This document shows positions 36,538 through 49,185 of a stretch of DNA of 64,000 bases, in pieces. The position numbers and the translations under genes were made by a program. Each line of letters begins with the position of its first letter. Within the stretch, counting starts at the first letter, position 1. Source of the DNA: Mycobacteriales bacterium. GTDB taxonomy: Bacteria; Actinomycetota; Actinomycetes; JAFAQI01. The stretch spans positions 171,291 to 235,290 of the forward strand of contig DASZUS010000045.1 of assembly GCA_035547515.1 (NCBI GenBank), written 5' to 3'. Below the pieces are notes generated by a model that had not been told where the DNA came from, did no database searches, and saw only the letters and a list, made by a program, of their open reading frames with translations.

Positions 36538-37755
36538 TCATGAAAGGACGCGCAGCCGCACGGTCTCCGGCATCGCGGCGAGCTCGTCCGGCACGCCCGA
36601 CGGGTAGTCGACGCCGATGTCGGTGATCACGTAGCCGAGATCACCGCGAGTCCCGAGCAGCTGGCCTTCGATGTTGACCTTGTTCTCGGCGAGCACGCCG
36701 TTGATGGTCGCAAGCACGCCGGGGACGTTCTGGTGAAGGAGTGCGATCCGGTGGCTGTCCGGCCGCGCCGGAAGCACGAGATGCGGCAGGTTGACGCTCA
36801 TCGTCGTCGTGCCGTCGGTGACGTAGTCGCGCAGCTTGCCCGCGACGTAGCGGCCGATGTCTTGCTGAGCCTCCTCTGTCGACCCGCCGATGTGCGGCGT
36901 GAGGATCACGTTGGGCAGGTCGCGCAGCACGGAGACGAACTCGTCGCCCTGGGACTTCGGCTCCTCCGGGAACACGTCGACCGCAGCACCCGCGATATGG
37001 CCGCTCTCGATGTGCCGCCGCAACGCCTCATGGTCGACAACGAAGCCCCGGGAGAGGTTGAGGAACAGGCTGCCCGGCTTCATCAGTGCGAACTGCTCCT
37101 CGCCGAACATGTCGGCGTTGGTCGCCCGGCCGTCGACGTGCAGCGTGACGATGTCGGCCGTCGTGAGCAGCTCGTCGAGCGAGCCGCAGCGCTTCGCGTT
37201 GCCGAGCGCGAGCTTGTCCGCGGTGTCGAAGTACGACACCGACATGCCGAGCGCCTCGGCGATCACCGACAGCTGAGCGCCGATGTTCCCGTAGCCGACG
37301 ATGCCGATGCGACGGCCACGGATCTCGTGAGCACCCGCCGCGGACTTGTCCCACACTCCCGCGTGCAGGTCGGCGTTCTTCTGGGTGAGCCGTCGGGTCA
37401 GCGCGATGATCTCGGCGATCGCGAGCTCCACCACGCTTCGGGTGTTAGAGAACGGCGCGTTGAAGACCGCGATGCCGCGAGCAGATGCGGCGGGCAGGTC
37501 GATCTGGTTGGTGCCGATGCAGAACGCGCCGATCGCGAGCAGGTCGCTCGCGTTCTCCAGCGAGGCCTCGATCACGTCGGTCTTGGACCGGATGCCGAGC
37601 AGTGAGACGCCTGGCAGGCGCTGTGCGAGCTCAGCGGGGTCGAGCGCGCTCTTCGCGGTCTCGACCTCGAAGCCCTCGGCGGTCAGCGCCGAAGCGGCGT
37701 CCGGATGCACGTTTTCGAGCAACAACGCGCGAAGCGGCGGAACCTGACCAGTCAA
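36538..37755 (-). CDS. serA: D-3-phosphoglycerate dehydrogenase
   Basis: 2-hydroxyacid dehydrogenase catalytic and NAD domains (GIVGYGNIG) plus C-terminal ACT-like region; 405 aa. Confidence 0.88.
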   Translation of the reverse strand: MTGQVPPLRALLLENVHPDAASALTAEGFEVETAKSALDPAELAQRLPGVSLLGIRSKTDVIEASLENASDLLAIGAFCIGTNQIDLPAASARGIAVFNAPFSNTRSVVELAIAEIIALTRRLTQKNADLHAGVWDKSAAGAHEIRGRRIGIVGYGNIGAQLSVIAEALGMSVSYFDTADKLALGNAKRCGSLDELLTTADIVTLHVDGRATNADMFGEEQFALMKPGSLFLNLSRGFVVDHEALRRHIESGHIAGAAVDVFPEEPKSQGDEFVSVLRDLPNVILTPHIGGSTEEAQQDIGRYVAGKLRDYVTDGTTTMSVNLPHLVLPARPDSHRIALLHQNVPGVLATINGVLAENKVNIEGQLLGTRGDLGYVITDIGVDYPSGVPDELAAMPETVRLRVLS

Positions 37756-37843
37756 CGGATTTTCCCTTGGATCAAAGGAGATTTCGAGCCTTCGATCCTA
37801 CCCGCCGGGCCTGCTCGGCGGGCCTGCCCGGCGGCCCGGCAGA

Positions 37844-39079
37844 TCAGGCCAGCTCGGCGGCGAGGCTCGGGTCCACGCGGACGACGCCCGCCATGTCGTT
37901 GAGCGGCACCGGCACGTACTCGACGTACTCGCCGGTGTGCGGGGCGACCACCATCATCCCGTTCCCCGCGTAGATCGCGACGTGGTCGACGTCGGTCGGG
38001 TCGCTCTTGTTGTAATGCCAGAACAGCAGGTCGCCGGGCCGGGCGTCCTCGTAGGGCACGTGCGGCCCGGTGAAGAACTGCTCCTCGGACACGCGAGGCA
38101 TCGCGATGCCGGCCTGAGCGAACGCCCACTGCACCAGCCCCGAGCAGTCGAACGACGACGGCCCCGCCGCACCCCACACGTAGGGCAGGCCGATCCGGCT
38201 CTCTGCCGCCTTCAGGAAGTTGTAGATCTGCAGCCGCGTCAGGAACTCGCCTGCGTCCCGGGTGACGATGACCTCACGCAGCAGCTCCACGTGTACGCCG
38301 TGACCGAGCAGCTCAATCGCCGCCCTGCGAAGTTTCAGCGGGTCCGCCTTCGGCGCGCTGATCAGGGCGCCGGTGTCCGCCGACAGACCGAGCTGCGCGG
38401 CCCGCGCGGTGGACATGACCGCGTCGACGCCCGCCATCCCCACCGAGGCGAACGCGCCGATCCGCATTGCGGCCGACCCGTGGCGGTTGCCGACCGGCAC
38501 CGTGCCGCCGAGCGGCAGGTTCGTGTTCTCACCCATGTCGAACGACGTCGCGAGCTCCCCGTCTTCGACGGTCTGCCAGAGCGGGTTGCTGTCGGCGGTC
38601 AGCTTCGGCGTCCATGACCGGAACGTCGCCGGGTCGACGCCGAGCACGAAGGCGTTGTGCCCCTCGACACGTTCGTGACCTGCCATCACGGTCTGCACCC
38701 GGCGTACTCCCGAGAGCTTCTGCAGCCGGCTGAGCTGGCGGAAGGTCAGCGGCTGCTTGTCGGAAACGAGCAGCGTCGCGGACACCAGATGCCGATGATG
38801 GCGCGGAGGGGCCGGCGGCGGCTTTGCGCCCGGCGCGATCAGCTGACCGAGACTGCCCGGCGGAGCGGCAGCGAGAGGGGTGTCGGCGACCGGCGTGTGG
38901 TGGTTGGTGAGCAACGCGGCCGTGACGGCCGTCGCACCGGTCCCCACGGTAAGGACGGCGAGCAGCACGAGCACCAAGCCCCCGGCCGTCGTCCGTCGCG
39001 GGAGCCAGCCGGGCGCGTGGCGAAGCCAAGCGTCACGCGCGCCTTCGAAGGCCGGGCGCGGCGAGATGAACCTAGGCAT
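37844..39079 (-). CDS. NlpC/P60 family peptidoglycan hydrolase
   Basis: C-terminal NlpC/P60 domain (YVWGAAGPSSFDCSGLVQWAF...H); RBS AAGGAGGA before the ATG at 39079. Confidence 0.85.
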   Translation of the reverse strand: MPRFISPRPAFEGARDAWLRHAPGWLPRRTTAGGLVLVLLAVLTVGTGATAVTAALLTNHHTPVADTPLAAAPPGSLGQLIAPGAKPPPAPPRHHRHLVSATLLVSDKQPLTFRQLSRLQKLSGVRRVQTVMAGHERVEGHNAFVLGVDPATFRSWTPKLTADSNPLWQTVEDGELATSFDMGENTNLPLGGTVPVGNRHGSAAMRIGAFASVGMAGVDAVMSTARAAQLGLSADTGALISAPKADPLKLRRAAIELLGHGVHVELLREVIVTRDAGEFLTRLQIYNFLKAAESRIGLPYVWGAAGPSSFDCSGLVQWAFAQAGIAMPRVSEEQFFTGPHVPYEDARPGDLLFWHYNKSDPTDVDHVAIYAGNGMMVVAPHTGEYVEYVPVPLNDMAGVVRVDPSLAAELA

Positions 39080-39195
39080 CCGCGGCGCCGTCCTCCTTGC
39101 CCCCCGGTAGCTCTCAACGATTACAACGGCAGATCTCGCCGAAGGTTGACGGCCCGACCGTCACCAACCGCGCCATGGATCGAGCTACCGCGGCG

Positions 39196-39864
39196 TCAGC
39201 CGAGCAGCGCGGAAGCCGCCAGCTTGAGATCTGCGACTAATCCAGCGTATGCGGCATCGCGGTCGTCCGCCCGCAGAACGGCCGAAGGGTGCAGCGTCGC
39301 CATCGCGTACGCCGATGACGGCGCGTCGTCCTCGTCCGCGCCTGGGAACGCCTGCGGGTCGGCGGCTGACGCCGGCCACGGCATCAGGACGCCCCGCGAG
39401 CGGGTCACCCGAAACGACGGCCCGAACAGTGCACGCCCGGCCGTCGCCCCCAGCGCAACCACCACGTCGGGCGAGAGGACCGCGAACTCGGCGAGCAGCC
39501 ACGGCCGGCAGGCGGCCACGTCGGAGGCGTCGGGAGTCTGGTGAATCCGTCGCTTGCCGGCGCCGGCGGACTTGAACTTGAAGTGCTTCACCGCGTTGGT
39601 CGTGTAGACGTCGGTCGGATCGATCCCGGCCTCCTCGACCGCCCGGTCGAGCAGCTTGCCCGCCGGCCCGACGAACGGCTCGCCGCGGCGATCCTCGATG
39701 TCACCCGGCTGCTCGCCGACCATCACCAGCCGCGCGCTGACCGGGCCCTTGCTGAAGACGGTCTGCGTGGTGCCCTTGTAGAGTTCGCAGCCCGTGCAGC
39801 CAAGGGCCGCCTTGCGAAGCTTGTCGATCGTCGCGCTGGGCGGGACGAAGTCCGCCGCGCTCAT
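39196..39864 (-). CDS. Uracil-DNA glycosylase, family 4
   Basis: Motifs GEQPGDIEDRRGEPFVGPAG and HPS; ATG at 39864 overlaps the upstream MFS stop. Confidence 0.85.
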   Translation of the reverse strand: MSAADFVPPSATIDKLRKAALGCTGCELYKGTTQTVFSKGPVSARLVMVGEQPGDIEDRRGEPFVGPAGKLLDRAVEEAGIDPTDVYTTNAVKHFKFKSAGAGKRRIHQTPDASDVAACRPWLLAEFAVLSPDVVVALGATAGRALFGPSFRVTRSRGVLMPWPASAADPQAFPGADEDDAPSSAYAMATLHPSAVLRADDRDAAYAGLVADLKLAASALLG

Positions 39865-41150
39865 GGGACCGGGCTCGAGGCGTCGTACTTTGCGAACGAC
39901 GGGTACTTCGCCACGAACGCCAGCAGTCCCACGATGCAGGCGATACCCCCGGAGACCACCGAGAACTCGGTGCTCACGAGGCTCGCGACCGTGCCGGACT
40001 CGAGGTCGCCGATCCGGGGACCGCCCGCCACGACGACGGTGAAGACCCCTTGCAACCGGCCGCGCAGCGCGTCCGGCGTCGCGACCTGCAGGATCGTGCT
40101 GCGGAACACCGCACTGACCATGTCGGCCGCACCGGCGACCGCGAGCAGGACGACGCCCAGCCACAGCACATGGACCACACCGAAGAGCGCGATGCTGGCG
40201 CCCCACACCGCGATCGAGACGATCACGGCAAGGCCCTGCCGGCGTACCCGTCCGGACCAGCCGGAGAACGACGCGCCGAGGAACGCGCCAATCGAGGGCG
40301 CGGCGTAGAGCACGCCCGCGGTCTCCGCGCCGCCGTGGAAGACCCCTGATGCCAGCGCCGGGAACAGCGCCCGCGGCATCCCGAAGACCATCGCGACGAT
40401 GTCGACCAGGAACGTCATCATCAAGTTCTTGCGTGGCGCCAGGAACTTGAAGCCTTCACCGACCGACTTGAAGCCGGCCTTGTGGCTGGTGCTGTCCGGC
40501 GGGATCGGTGGTAACCGGATCACCGCGTAGAGCACCGCGCCGAACGACGCAACATCGATCGCGTACGCCGTGCCGTAGCCGGCCGCCCCCACCACCACGC
40601 CGGCAAGCAACGGCCCAGCGGTCAGCGCAGTGTTCCATCCCAGCTGGCCGAGCGAGTTCGCCGCCGGGAGCAGCTCGGGCCGCACGAGCCGAGGCAGCGT
40701 CGCGCCGCGTGCAGCGGAGTCGACCGAGCTGACTCCCGCCTGGAGACCGAGCAGCACGTAGATGACCGACAGCCGGTGGAGGTGCGTATCGGCTTGGACC
40801 AGCAGCAGGCTCGACGTGGCGAGCATCGCCAGGCTGGTGACGATGACGAGCTTGCGCCGGTCGACCGCGTCCGCGATCGAGCCGCCGAACAGTCCGAAAA
40901 CGATCAGCGGGATGACGGTGACCAGCCCGGTGAGGCCGACGTCGAACGACGAGTGCGAGATGTGGAAGACCTGGAGCTGGGCCGCGACGATCGTCAGCTG
41001 GGAGCCGATGTTGGAAACCGCGTAGCCGGCCCACCAGCGCCGGTACACCGGGTTCTCACGCAATGGTGTGAGGTCGGCGAACAGCCGCCGGCGCTCGGGT
41101 GCCGGCTCCTCGTCAGGGGTGAGCTCCCCCGGAGCGGTGACGTCACTCAC
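39861..41150 (-). CDS. MFS transporter (EntS-like)
   Basis: 12 TM; GTG start at 41150 overlapping the pdxH stop (GTGA). Confidence 0.8.
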   Translation of the reverse strand: MSDVTAPGELTPDEEPAPERRRLFADLTPLRENPVYRRWWAGYAVSNIGSQLTIVAAQLQVFHISHSSFDVGLTGLVTVIPLIVFGLFGGSIADAVDRRKLVIVTSLAMLATSSLLLVQADTHLHRLSVIYVLLGLQAGVSSVDSAARGATLPRLVRPELLPAANSLGQLGWNTALTAGPLLAGVVVGAAGYGTAYAIDVASFGAVLYAVIRLPPIPPDSTSHKAGFKSVGEGFKFLAPRKNLMMTFLVDIVAMVFGMPRALFPALASGVFHGGAETAGVLYAAPSIGAFLGASFSGWSGRVRRQGLAVIVSIAVWGASIALFGVVHVLWLGVVLLAVAGAADMVSAVFRSTILQVATPDALRGRLQGVFTVVVAGGPRIGDLESGTVASLVSTEFSVVSGGIACIVGLLAFVAKYPSFAKYDASSPVP

Positions 41151-41842
41151 GGTTGCAGCCGTTCGACGTACCAGCCATTCGAGGCCGCTGTGAAGCGGAG
41201 CCGGTCGTGGAGGCGGTCCTGACGGCCCTGCCAGAACTCGATCGTCTCCGGTACGACGAGATAACCGCCCCATCCAGGCGGGCACGGCACGTCGACACCG
41301 TCGTAGCGGGCCGCCACCTCGGCCACCTGCGCCTCGAGCGCCGCCCGGTCCGCGATGGGCTGCGACTGCACGCTCGCGACCGCGGACAGCTGTGCGCCGC
41401 GCGGGCGGCTGGCGAAGTAGGCCTGTGACTGCGATCGATCAACCTGCTGCGCGAGACCGGTGACGATCACCTGCCGCGACAAGCCGTGCCAGGGAAACAA
41501 CAGCGAAACCGCTGGATGTGCCGAGATCGCGCGACCCTTCCGCGACCCGTAGTTGGTGAAGAAGACGAAGCCGCGTTCGTCGGCGCCCTTGCACAACACG
41601 GTCCGGCTGCTCGGAAGCCCATCAGGATCGACGGTCGAGACCACCATCGCGTTGGCCTCTGCGAGGCCCGCGGCCCGGGCATCGGCGAGCCAAGCACGCC
41701 ACAGCTCTAGAGGGCGCTCCGGCAGGTCGGCCTCGCTCAAGCCGGCCGCCTGGTACTCGCTGCGAAGCCTCGCCAAGTCGCCGGCGGGGTCGGCTTCACT
41801 CACGGCAGGTGACGCTCTCACATCGATAACTGCAGGCTGCAC
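41147..41842 (-). CDS. pdxH: Pyridoxamine 5'-phosphate oxidase
   Basis: FMN-binding split-barrel motifs (VVSTVDPDGLPSSRTVLCKG, FWQGRQDRLHDRLRF); start may lie further in. Confidence 0.85.
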   Translation of the reverse strand: MQPAVIDVRASPAVSEADPAGDLARLRSEYQAAGLSEADLPERPLELWRAWLADARAAGLAEANAMVVSTVDPDGLPSSRTVLCKGADERGFVFFTNYGSRKGRAISAHPAVSLLFPWHGLSRQVIVTGLAQQVDRSQSQAYFASRPRGAQLSAVASVQSQPIADRAALEAQVAEVAARYDGVDVPCPPGWGGYLVVPETIEFWQGRQDRLHDRLRFTAASNGWYVERLQP

Positions 41843-41930
41843 CGGATTGTTCGGTGCCCGCCGTGATGGTTGCTACTGGGCGGTAGGAGAATGAAGGAGC
41901 CCACGAGGCGTTCGCAGACGAGGAGCCGAC

Positions 41931-43034
41931 ATGCCCGACGAGACAGTCTTCAAACCAGGCCTGGAAGGCGTCATCGCCTTCGAAAGCGAGATCGCGGAGC
42001 CGGACAAGGAGGGCTCGGCGCTTCGATACCGCGGCGTCGACATCGAGGACCTCGTCGGCCGGGTCAGCTACGGAAACGTGTGGGGCCTTCTCGTCGACGG
42101 CCGGTTCGCTCCGGGCCTGCCGCCCGCGGAGCCGTTCCCGGTGCCGGTCCACTCCGGGGACATCCGGGTCGACGTACAGAGCGCACTCGCCACCCTCGCA
42201 CCGGCGTGGGGGCTGCAGCAGCTGCTCGACATCGACGACGAGCAGGCGCGCGACGACCTCGCCCGCTGCTCGGTGACCGCGTTGTCGTTCGTCGCGCAGT
42301 CCGCGCGCGGCCTGGGCCAGCCGATGGTGCCGCAGAAGCGGATCGATGAGGCGAGCTCGATCGTGGAGCGGTTCATGATCCGCTGGCGCGGCGAGCCGGA
42401 CCCCGAGCACACCAAAGCCGTGGATGCGTACTTCGTCTCCGCTGCGGAGCACGGCATGAACGCCTCCACCTTCACCGCGCGGGTCATCGCGTCGACCGGA
42501 GCGGACGCGGCCGCGTGCCTGTCCGGGGCGGTCGGCGCCCTGTCCGGTCCGCTGCACGGCGGCGCGCCGTCCCGGGTGCTCAAGATGCTCGACGACGTCG
42601 CCGAAGAGGGCGACGCGCGCCGCTACGTCAAGCGCTTGCTCGACTCGAAGCAGCGGCTGATGGGCTTCGGTCACCGGGTCTACCGCGCCGAGGACCCGCG
42701 GGCACGCGTGCTGCGTCGTACCGCGAAGGAGCTCGGCGCCCCGCGGGTCGAAGTCGCCGAAGCGCTGGAGGACGCGGCGCTGGCCGAGCTGAAAGAGCGC
42801 TACCCGGACCGGGTCCTCGCGACCAACGTCGAGTTCTGGTCCGCGGTCGTGCTCGACTTCGCCCAGGTGCCCGCGCACATGTTCACCTCGATGTTCACCT
42901 GCGCCCGCGTGGCGGGGTGGAGCGCGCACATCCTCGAGCAGAAGCGCACCGGCCGGCTGATCCGGCCCTCGGCGAAGTACGTCGGGCCGGCCAACCGCGG
43001 CGTGGACGAGGTCGAGGGCGCCGACCAGCTCTGA
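41931..43034 (+). CDS. citA: Citrate synthase (type I, CitA-like)
   Basis: 367 aa; citrate synthase signature GFGHRVY. Confidence 0.88.
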   Translation: MPDETVFKPGLEGVIAFESEIAEPDKEGSALRYRGVDIEDLVGRVSYGNVWGLLVDGRFAPGLPPAEPFPVPVHSGDIRVDVQSALATLAPAWGLQQLLDIDDEQARDDLARCSVTALSFVAQSARGLGQPMVPQKRIDEASSIVERFMIRWRGEPDPEHTKAVDAYFVSAAEHGMNASTFTARVIASTGADAAACLSGAVGALSGPLHGGAPSRVLKMLDDVAEEGDARRYVKRLLDSKQRLMGFGHRVYRAEDPRARVLRRTAKELGAPRVEVAEALEDAALAELKERYPDRVLATNVEFWSAVVLDFAQVPAHMFTSMFTCARVAGWSAHILEQKRTGRLIRPSAKYVGPANRGVDEVEGADQL

Positions 43035-43063
43035 CCCAGCAACGCTCCTTTGCTGCGCAATAA

Positions 43064-45765
<2,702 letters not shown>

Positions 45766-45778
45766 CCGGCAGACCGGG

Positions 45779-47128
45779 CTAGCCGCGAACCGCCTCAGTC
45801 CACGCGAAGCTGTCGCGCCACGGCACGAAGCCGTAGTAGTCGGACGGGACCTGCACACCTGACACCACCTTGGTGGCGTGGCGCAGGCCCGGCGCGAGCA
45901 GCCACAGGGCATCACGGCGTACGACGAGCATCGCGCCGTCGGTCCCCCACATCGGCGCGGCCGCACCCCTGGCGGGACGCACCGCATGACGCAGCCCGGA
46001 GACCGACCGAACCTGCACGCCACCACTGGCCTGCACCCGGTCGACGTAGGACATGGCGTACCCGTCGCTGTCGTTGGTGGCCCGGTCCCGCACGAACGCC
46101 AGCTGGCCACTGTCGCTCCACGCGGGGTCGAAGCTCACCCGGCTCGCACCCTGCGCCAGCCTGTGGCACGACGACAGGCCGCAGACCACGAGGTGCTTGT
46201 GGCCGCCGGTGAGCTCGCGGCTGCCGCCTGCGACGAAGGCGACCTCATCGGTTGTCGGTGACGTCGCCAGCCACTGCGGGTACTGCAGCATCGACTTCGC
46301 CAGCAGCCGGCGATGACCGCTGGTGACCGAGACGTCGTAGAGCGGCAGCCCGTCAGCAGCCAGCGACGCCGATCCCTGGTAGTCCAACCAGGTGAGGATC
46401 CCGGAGCCGTCGGGCCACCAGCCGGCGACCTCGAACACGTTGCCCTCGGCAGTCGTGACCCGGTGGCGGGCGTCGGACGTTGCGCTGATCGTCACAAGCC
46501 GGCTGTGCCAGGCGCCGGGCTCGCCGGCGAACCCGTTGATGCTCGCCGCGATCCGGCTGCCGTCGGGCGACCACGCGAATCCCGAGATGATCCGGGCGGC
46601 TACCTTGCCGTCGAGCGAACCCCCGACGGGGTCCGCGACCGCGAGGACGTCCCGGTCGTTGTTCGGGCTCTTCGCGTGCAACGTGTAGCTGATCGCGAGG
46701 CGGTCGGCGGAGGGCGACCATGCAGTCATCACGTCGTACTCGTCGGTGCCTCTCGACAGGTTGTGGACCACCCTGCCCTCGGCGGTGAGGATCAGTATCT
46801 TGCTCGGCTCGTCGGCGTACGGATTGCTTTTGGGCGCCGGAGCGGTCACCACGACACTGAGCCACTTGCCGTCAGCCGACCACTCGGGGTCCCCAGCCTG
46901 CTGACCGAGCGGAACCCGACGGGTGCCGCTGACGGGGCCTCCAACCAGGAAGAGCTGGTGGTCGCGGATCACCGCAAGCTCGCCGTGCCCGCTCATCGTG
47001 GCCGCGCCCGACGTAGCAGAGCTCGCAACGGGCGACGCCGACGCCGATGCCGACCCCGGAGCCAGGGTCGCTACCGGCAGCGCGGTCAGGGCAAGGACGG
47101 CGGCGATCACAGGTTTCACGAGAATCAC
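45779..47128 (-). CDS. Secreted beta-propeller protein (TolB-like WD40 repeats)
   Basis: Signal peptide; repeated WSPDG/WSADG propeller-blade motifs. Confidence 0.6.
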   Translation of the reverse strand: MILVKPVIAAVLALTALPVATLAPGSASASASPVASSATSGAATMSGHGELAVIRDHQLFLVGGPVSGTRRVPLGQQAGDPEWSADGKWLSVVVTAPAPKSNPYADEPSKILILTAEGRVVHNLSRGTDEYDVMTAWSPSADRLAISYTLHAKSPNNDRDVLAVADPVGGSLDGKVAARIISGFAWSPDGSRIAASINGFAGEPGAWHSRLVTISATSDARHRVTTAEGNVFEVAGWWPDGSGILTWLDYQGSASLAADGLPLYDVSVTSGHRRLLAKSMLQYPQWLATSPTTDEVAFVAGGSRELTGGHKHLVVCGLSSCHRLAQGASRVSFDPAWSDSGQLAFVRDRATNDSDGYAMSYVDRVQASGGVQVRSVSGLRHAVRPARGAAAPMWGTDGAMLVVRRDALWLLAPGLRHATKVVSGVQVPSDYYGFVPWRDSFAWTEAVRG

Positions 47129-47178
47129 GACGCCCGACGCTAGCCCGAGGTTGTCCGGCCTCCGGATACCGTCTGCCG

Positions 47179-47958
47179 GTGCTGATCCTGCTGCCGCCCA
47201 GCGAAGGCAAGGCGCCCGGCGGCTCGGGGCCGGCGGTCGACCTCGCCGGCCTGTCCTGGCCGGAGCTGACCGCCGCCCGGCAGCGGGTCTTCGACGTGCT
47301 TGTGTCGACCTGCCGCAACCATCCGGCGAAGGCGCGCAGCCTCCTCGGGCTCTCGGCAGCCCTCGACGGCGACCGCGCCGCGAACGCCGTGGCCGACTCG
47401 TCCCCCACCATGCCCGCGGGACATCGGTACGCCGGAGTGCTGCACGACGCGCTCGGCTACCCGACGCTCAAGGCCGCTGCGCGGCGACGAGCGAATGCAT
47501 CCGTCGTCGTGTTCTCCGGGCTGTGGGGGGCGACCCGGCCCACCGACCTCCTGCCGGCGTACCGGATCGGCATCGGCACGAAGCTGCCGAAGATCGGAGG
47601 GCTGCCGGCGTACTGGCGCGATCCGCTGCTCGACGCCCTCGACGAGACGGTGGCCGCGGTGGGCGCGCTCGACCTGCGGTCGTCGGGTTACGCCTTGATG
47701 TACCGGCCGTCCAAGCTGGCGAGCGGCCGGTTGGTCACGATCACGGTCACCGGCCCTGACGGCAAGCGCGCGGCACCGAGCTACCAGAGCAAGGTCGCCA
47801 AGGGACGGCTGGTGCGCGCCCTGCTCGCGAGGGGTACGCCGACGGCGACCGCGGTCATCGACGCGGCGACGGCGATCGGCCTCGAGGCTGAGGAAGTTGC
47901 CGGCGGCTTCGTGGTCAAGGCGCCGCCGGGCTGGGGACTGGTCGCCGGCCGCCGATAG
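47179..47958 (+). CDS. yaaA: Peroxide stress protein YaaA (UPF0246/DUF328)
   Basis: GTG start then LILLPPSEGK, as in canonical YaaA N-terminal ends. Confidence 0.85.
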   Translation: MLILLPPSEGKAPGGSGPAVDLAGLSWPELTAARQRVFDVLVSTCRNHPAKARSLLGLSAALDGDRAANAVADSSPTMPAGHRYAGVLHDALGYPTLKAAARRRANASVVVFSGLWGATRPTDLLPAYRIGIGTKLPKIGGLPAYWRDPLLDALDETVAAVGALDLRSSGYALMYRPSKLASGRLVTITVTGPDGKRAAPSYQSKVAKGRLVRALLARGTPTATAVIDAATAIGLEAEEVAGGFVVKAPPGWGLVAGRR

Positions 47959-47959
47959 C

Positions 47960-48178
47960 GTGGTGAACGTGGCGGTCAAGGAGCCCAACTCGCGCGAGGT
48001 CGAGGTGAGCGTCGCGGGGATCATCGCCTGGGCGCTGGCGTTCGTGCTGCTCGCGACGGTCTTCCATCACGACCTGCAACGCCACCACGCGACCTGGTGG
48101 CTGTGGTCGTGCCCGTGCGGCGCCGTGCTCGGCCTCTACGGCCTGCGGACCGCGCTGCGGCGGCGCCGCAGCCGCTAG
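47960..48178 (+). CDS. Small membrane protein (DUF2530-like)
   Basis: 72 aa, two TM helices, Arg-rich C-terminal end. Confidence 0.4.
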   Translation: MVNVAVKEPNSREVEVSVAGIIAWALAFVLLATVFHHDLQRHHATWWLWSCPCGAVLGLYGLRTALRRRRSR

Positions 48179-49185
48179 TCCTCGGGGCTCGGCGCAGCCT
48201 CGGCATCGATCTCGAGCTCGTCGCCGTCCAGGGTGTCGTCGGCCGGGATCGGCTCGTCGGCCGCATCATCGACGGCGTCGTCGACCGTGTCGGCATTGGG
48301 CGCCGCGCTCACCTCGGCGGCCGCCAGTGCCGCGGCGGCCTCGACGGCAGCAGCACGCTCCTCGGGGGTGGCCGGCTCGACGACGTCGTACGTCGCATCG
48401 TCGATCAGCGGCGGCGGCAGCGGCGGCGAAGCAGGCGGGACGACGGCTTCGGAGTGCGCGCCGCAGCCGTGGTCCACCGCGACGACCTTGCCGTCATCGG
48501 GCGCGAAGGCGTTGGCACACGCGCCGAAAGCCGAGCGCAACCCGCCGGACAGCGGCACGTAGAAGCCGCACGACGCGCAGAAGGCCGGCGCGGTCCGGGC
48601 AACCTCGGCGCGCGGGCCGGGGTCGCCGGCGTACCAGCGGTCGACGGTCTCGGCCCGCCCGTCGTAGGACAGCACGCGTTCGCGGCCCAGGCCGATCTCG
48701 AAGGCGACCGCGGCATCCGCCTCGTCATCGGTCGAGAAGTACGCCGGGACCAGCCGGGTGTCGTCGGGAGCGGTGGGCAGCAGATCGCCCGCCCCCATGT
48801 CCCCGGGCCGCAGCCGCTCGCTCCAGGGCACCCACTCCGGCGCCAGGATCGCGTCGGCGCCTGGCAGCAGCACGACGTCATCGACCGTGGCGATCTTCGA
48901 GCGTGAGGCTCGCGCAACGGTGACCGCCCAGCGCCACCCGACGTACGCCGGATCGAGCGTCGCGAAGTAGTGGACGACGACCCGCTGGTCGTCGGGCTCG
49001 ACCCCGAGGTGCTCGCCCACCAGGCCGGGGGCGTCGGCCTCCGCGGCGGCACGCGCGAGATCGACCGCCGCGGCCGCGATCGCGTCGAGCTCCAGGTCGA
49101 TTGCCGGAGTCTCGACGTCATCCTCCACAGCGGAGGCGTCGTCGGGCAGCACGTCGGTCTCGGTCACGTGTTTAGTCTCGCTCAT
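48175..49185 (-). CDS. DUF3027 domain protein
   Basis: Acidic N- and C-terminal regions flank a Cys-containing core (FCASCGFYVPLSG...CANAFAPDDGKVVAVDHGCGAHSE); conserved neighbour of csp in actinobacteria. Confidence 0.7.
   Translation of the reverse strand: MSETKHVTETDVLPDDASAVEDDVETPAIDLELDAIAAAAVDLARAAAEADAPGLVGEHLGVEPDDQRVVVHYFATLDPAYVGWRWAVTVARASRSKIATVDDVVLLPGADAILAPEWVPWSERLRPGDMGAGDLLPTAPDDTRLVPAYFSTDDEADAAVAFEIGLGRERVLSYDGRAETVDRWYAGDPGPRAEVARTAPAFCASCGFYVPLSGGLRSAFGACANAFAPDDGKVVAVDHGCGAHSEAVVPPASPPLPPPLIDDATYDVVEPATPEERAAAVEAAAALAAAEVSAAPNADTVDDAVDDAADEPIPADDTLDGDELEIDAEAAPSPED

Noticed and set aside
39080-39195. Possible second riboswitch before the first NlpC/P60 gene
   Set aside because: The leader is only ~115 nt, lacks the pseudo-symmetric ydaO blocks, and a strong RBS (AAGGAGGA) directly precedes the ATG.
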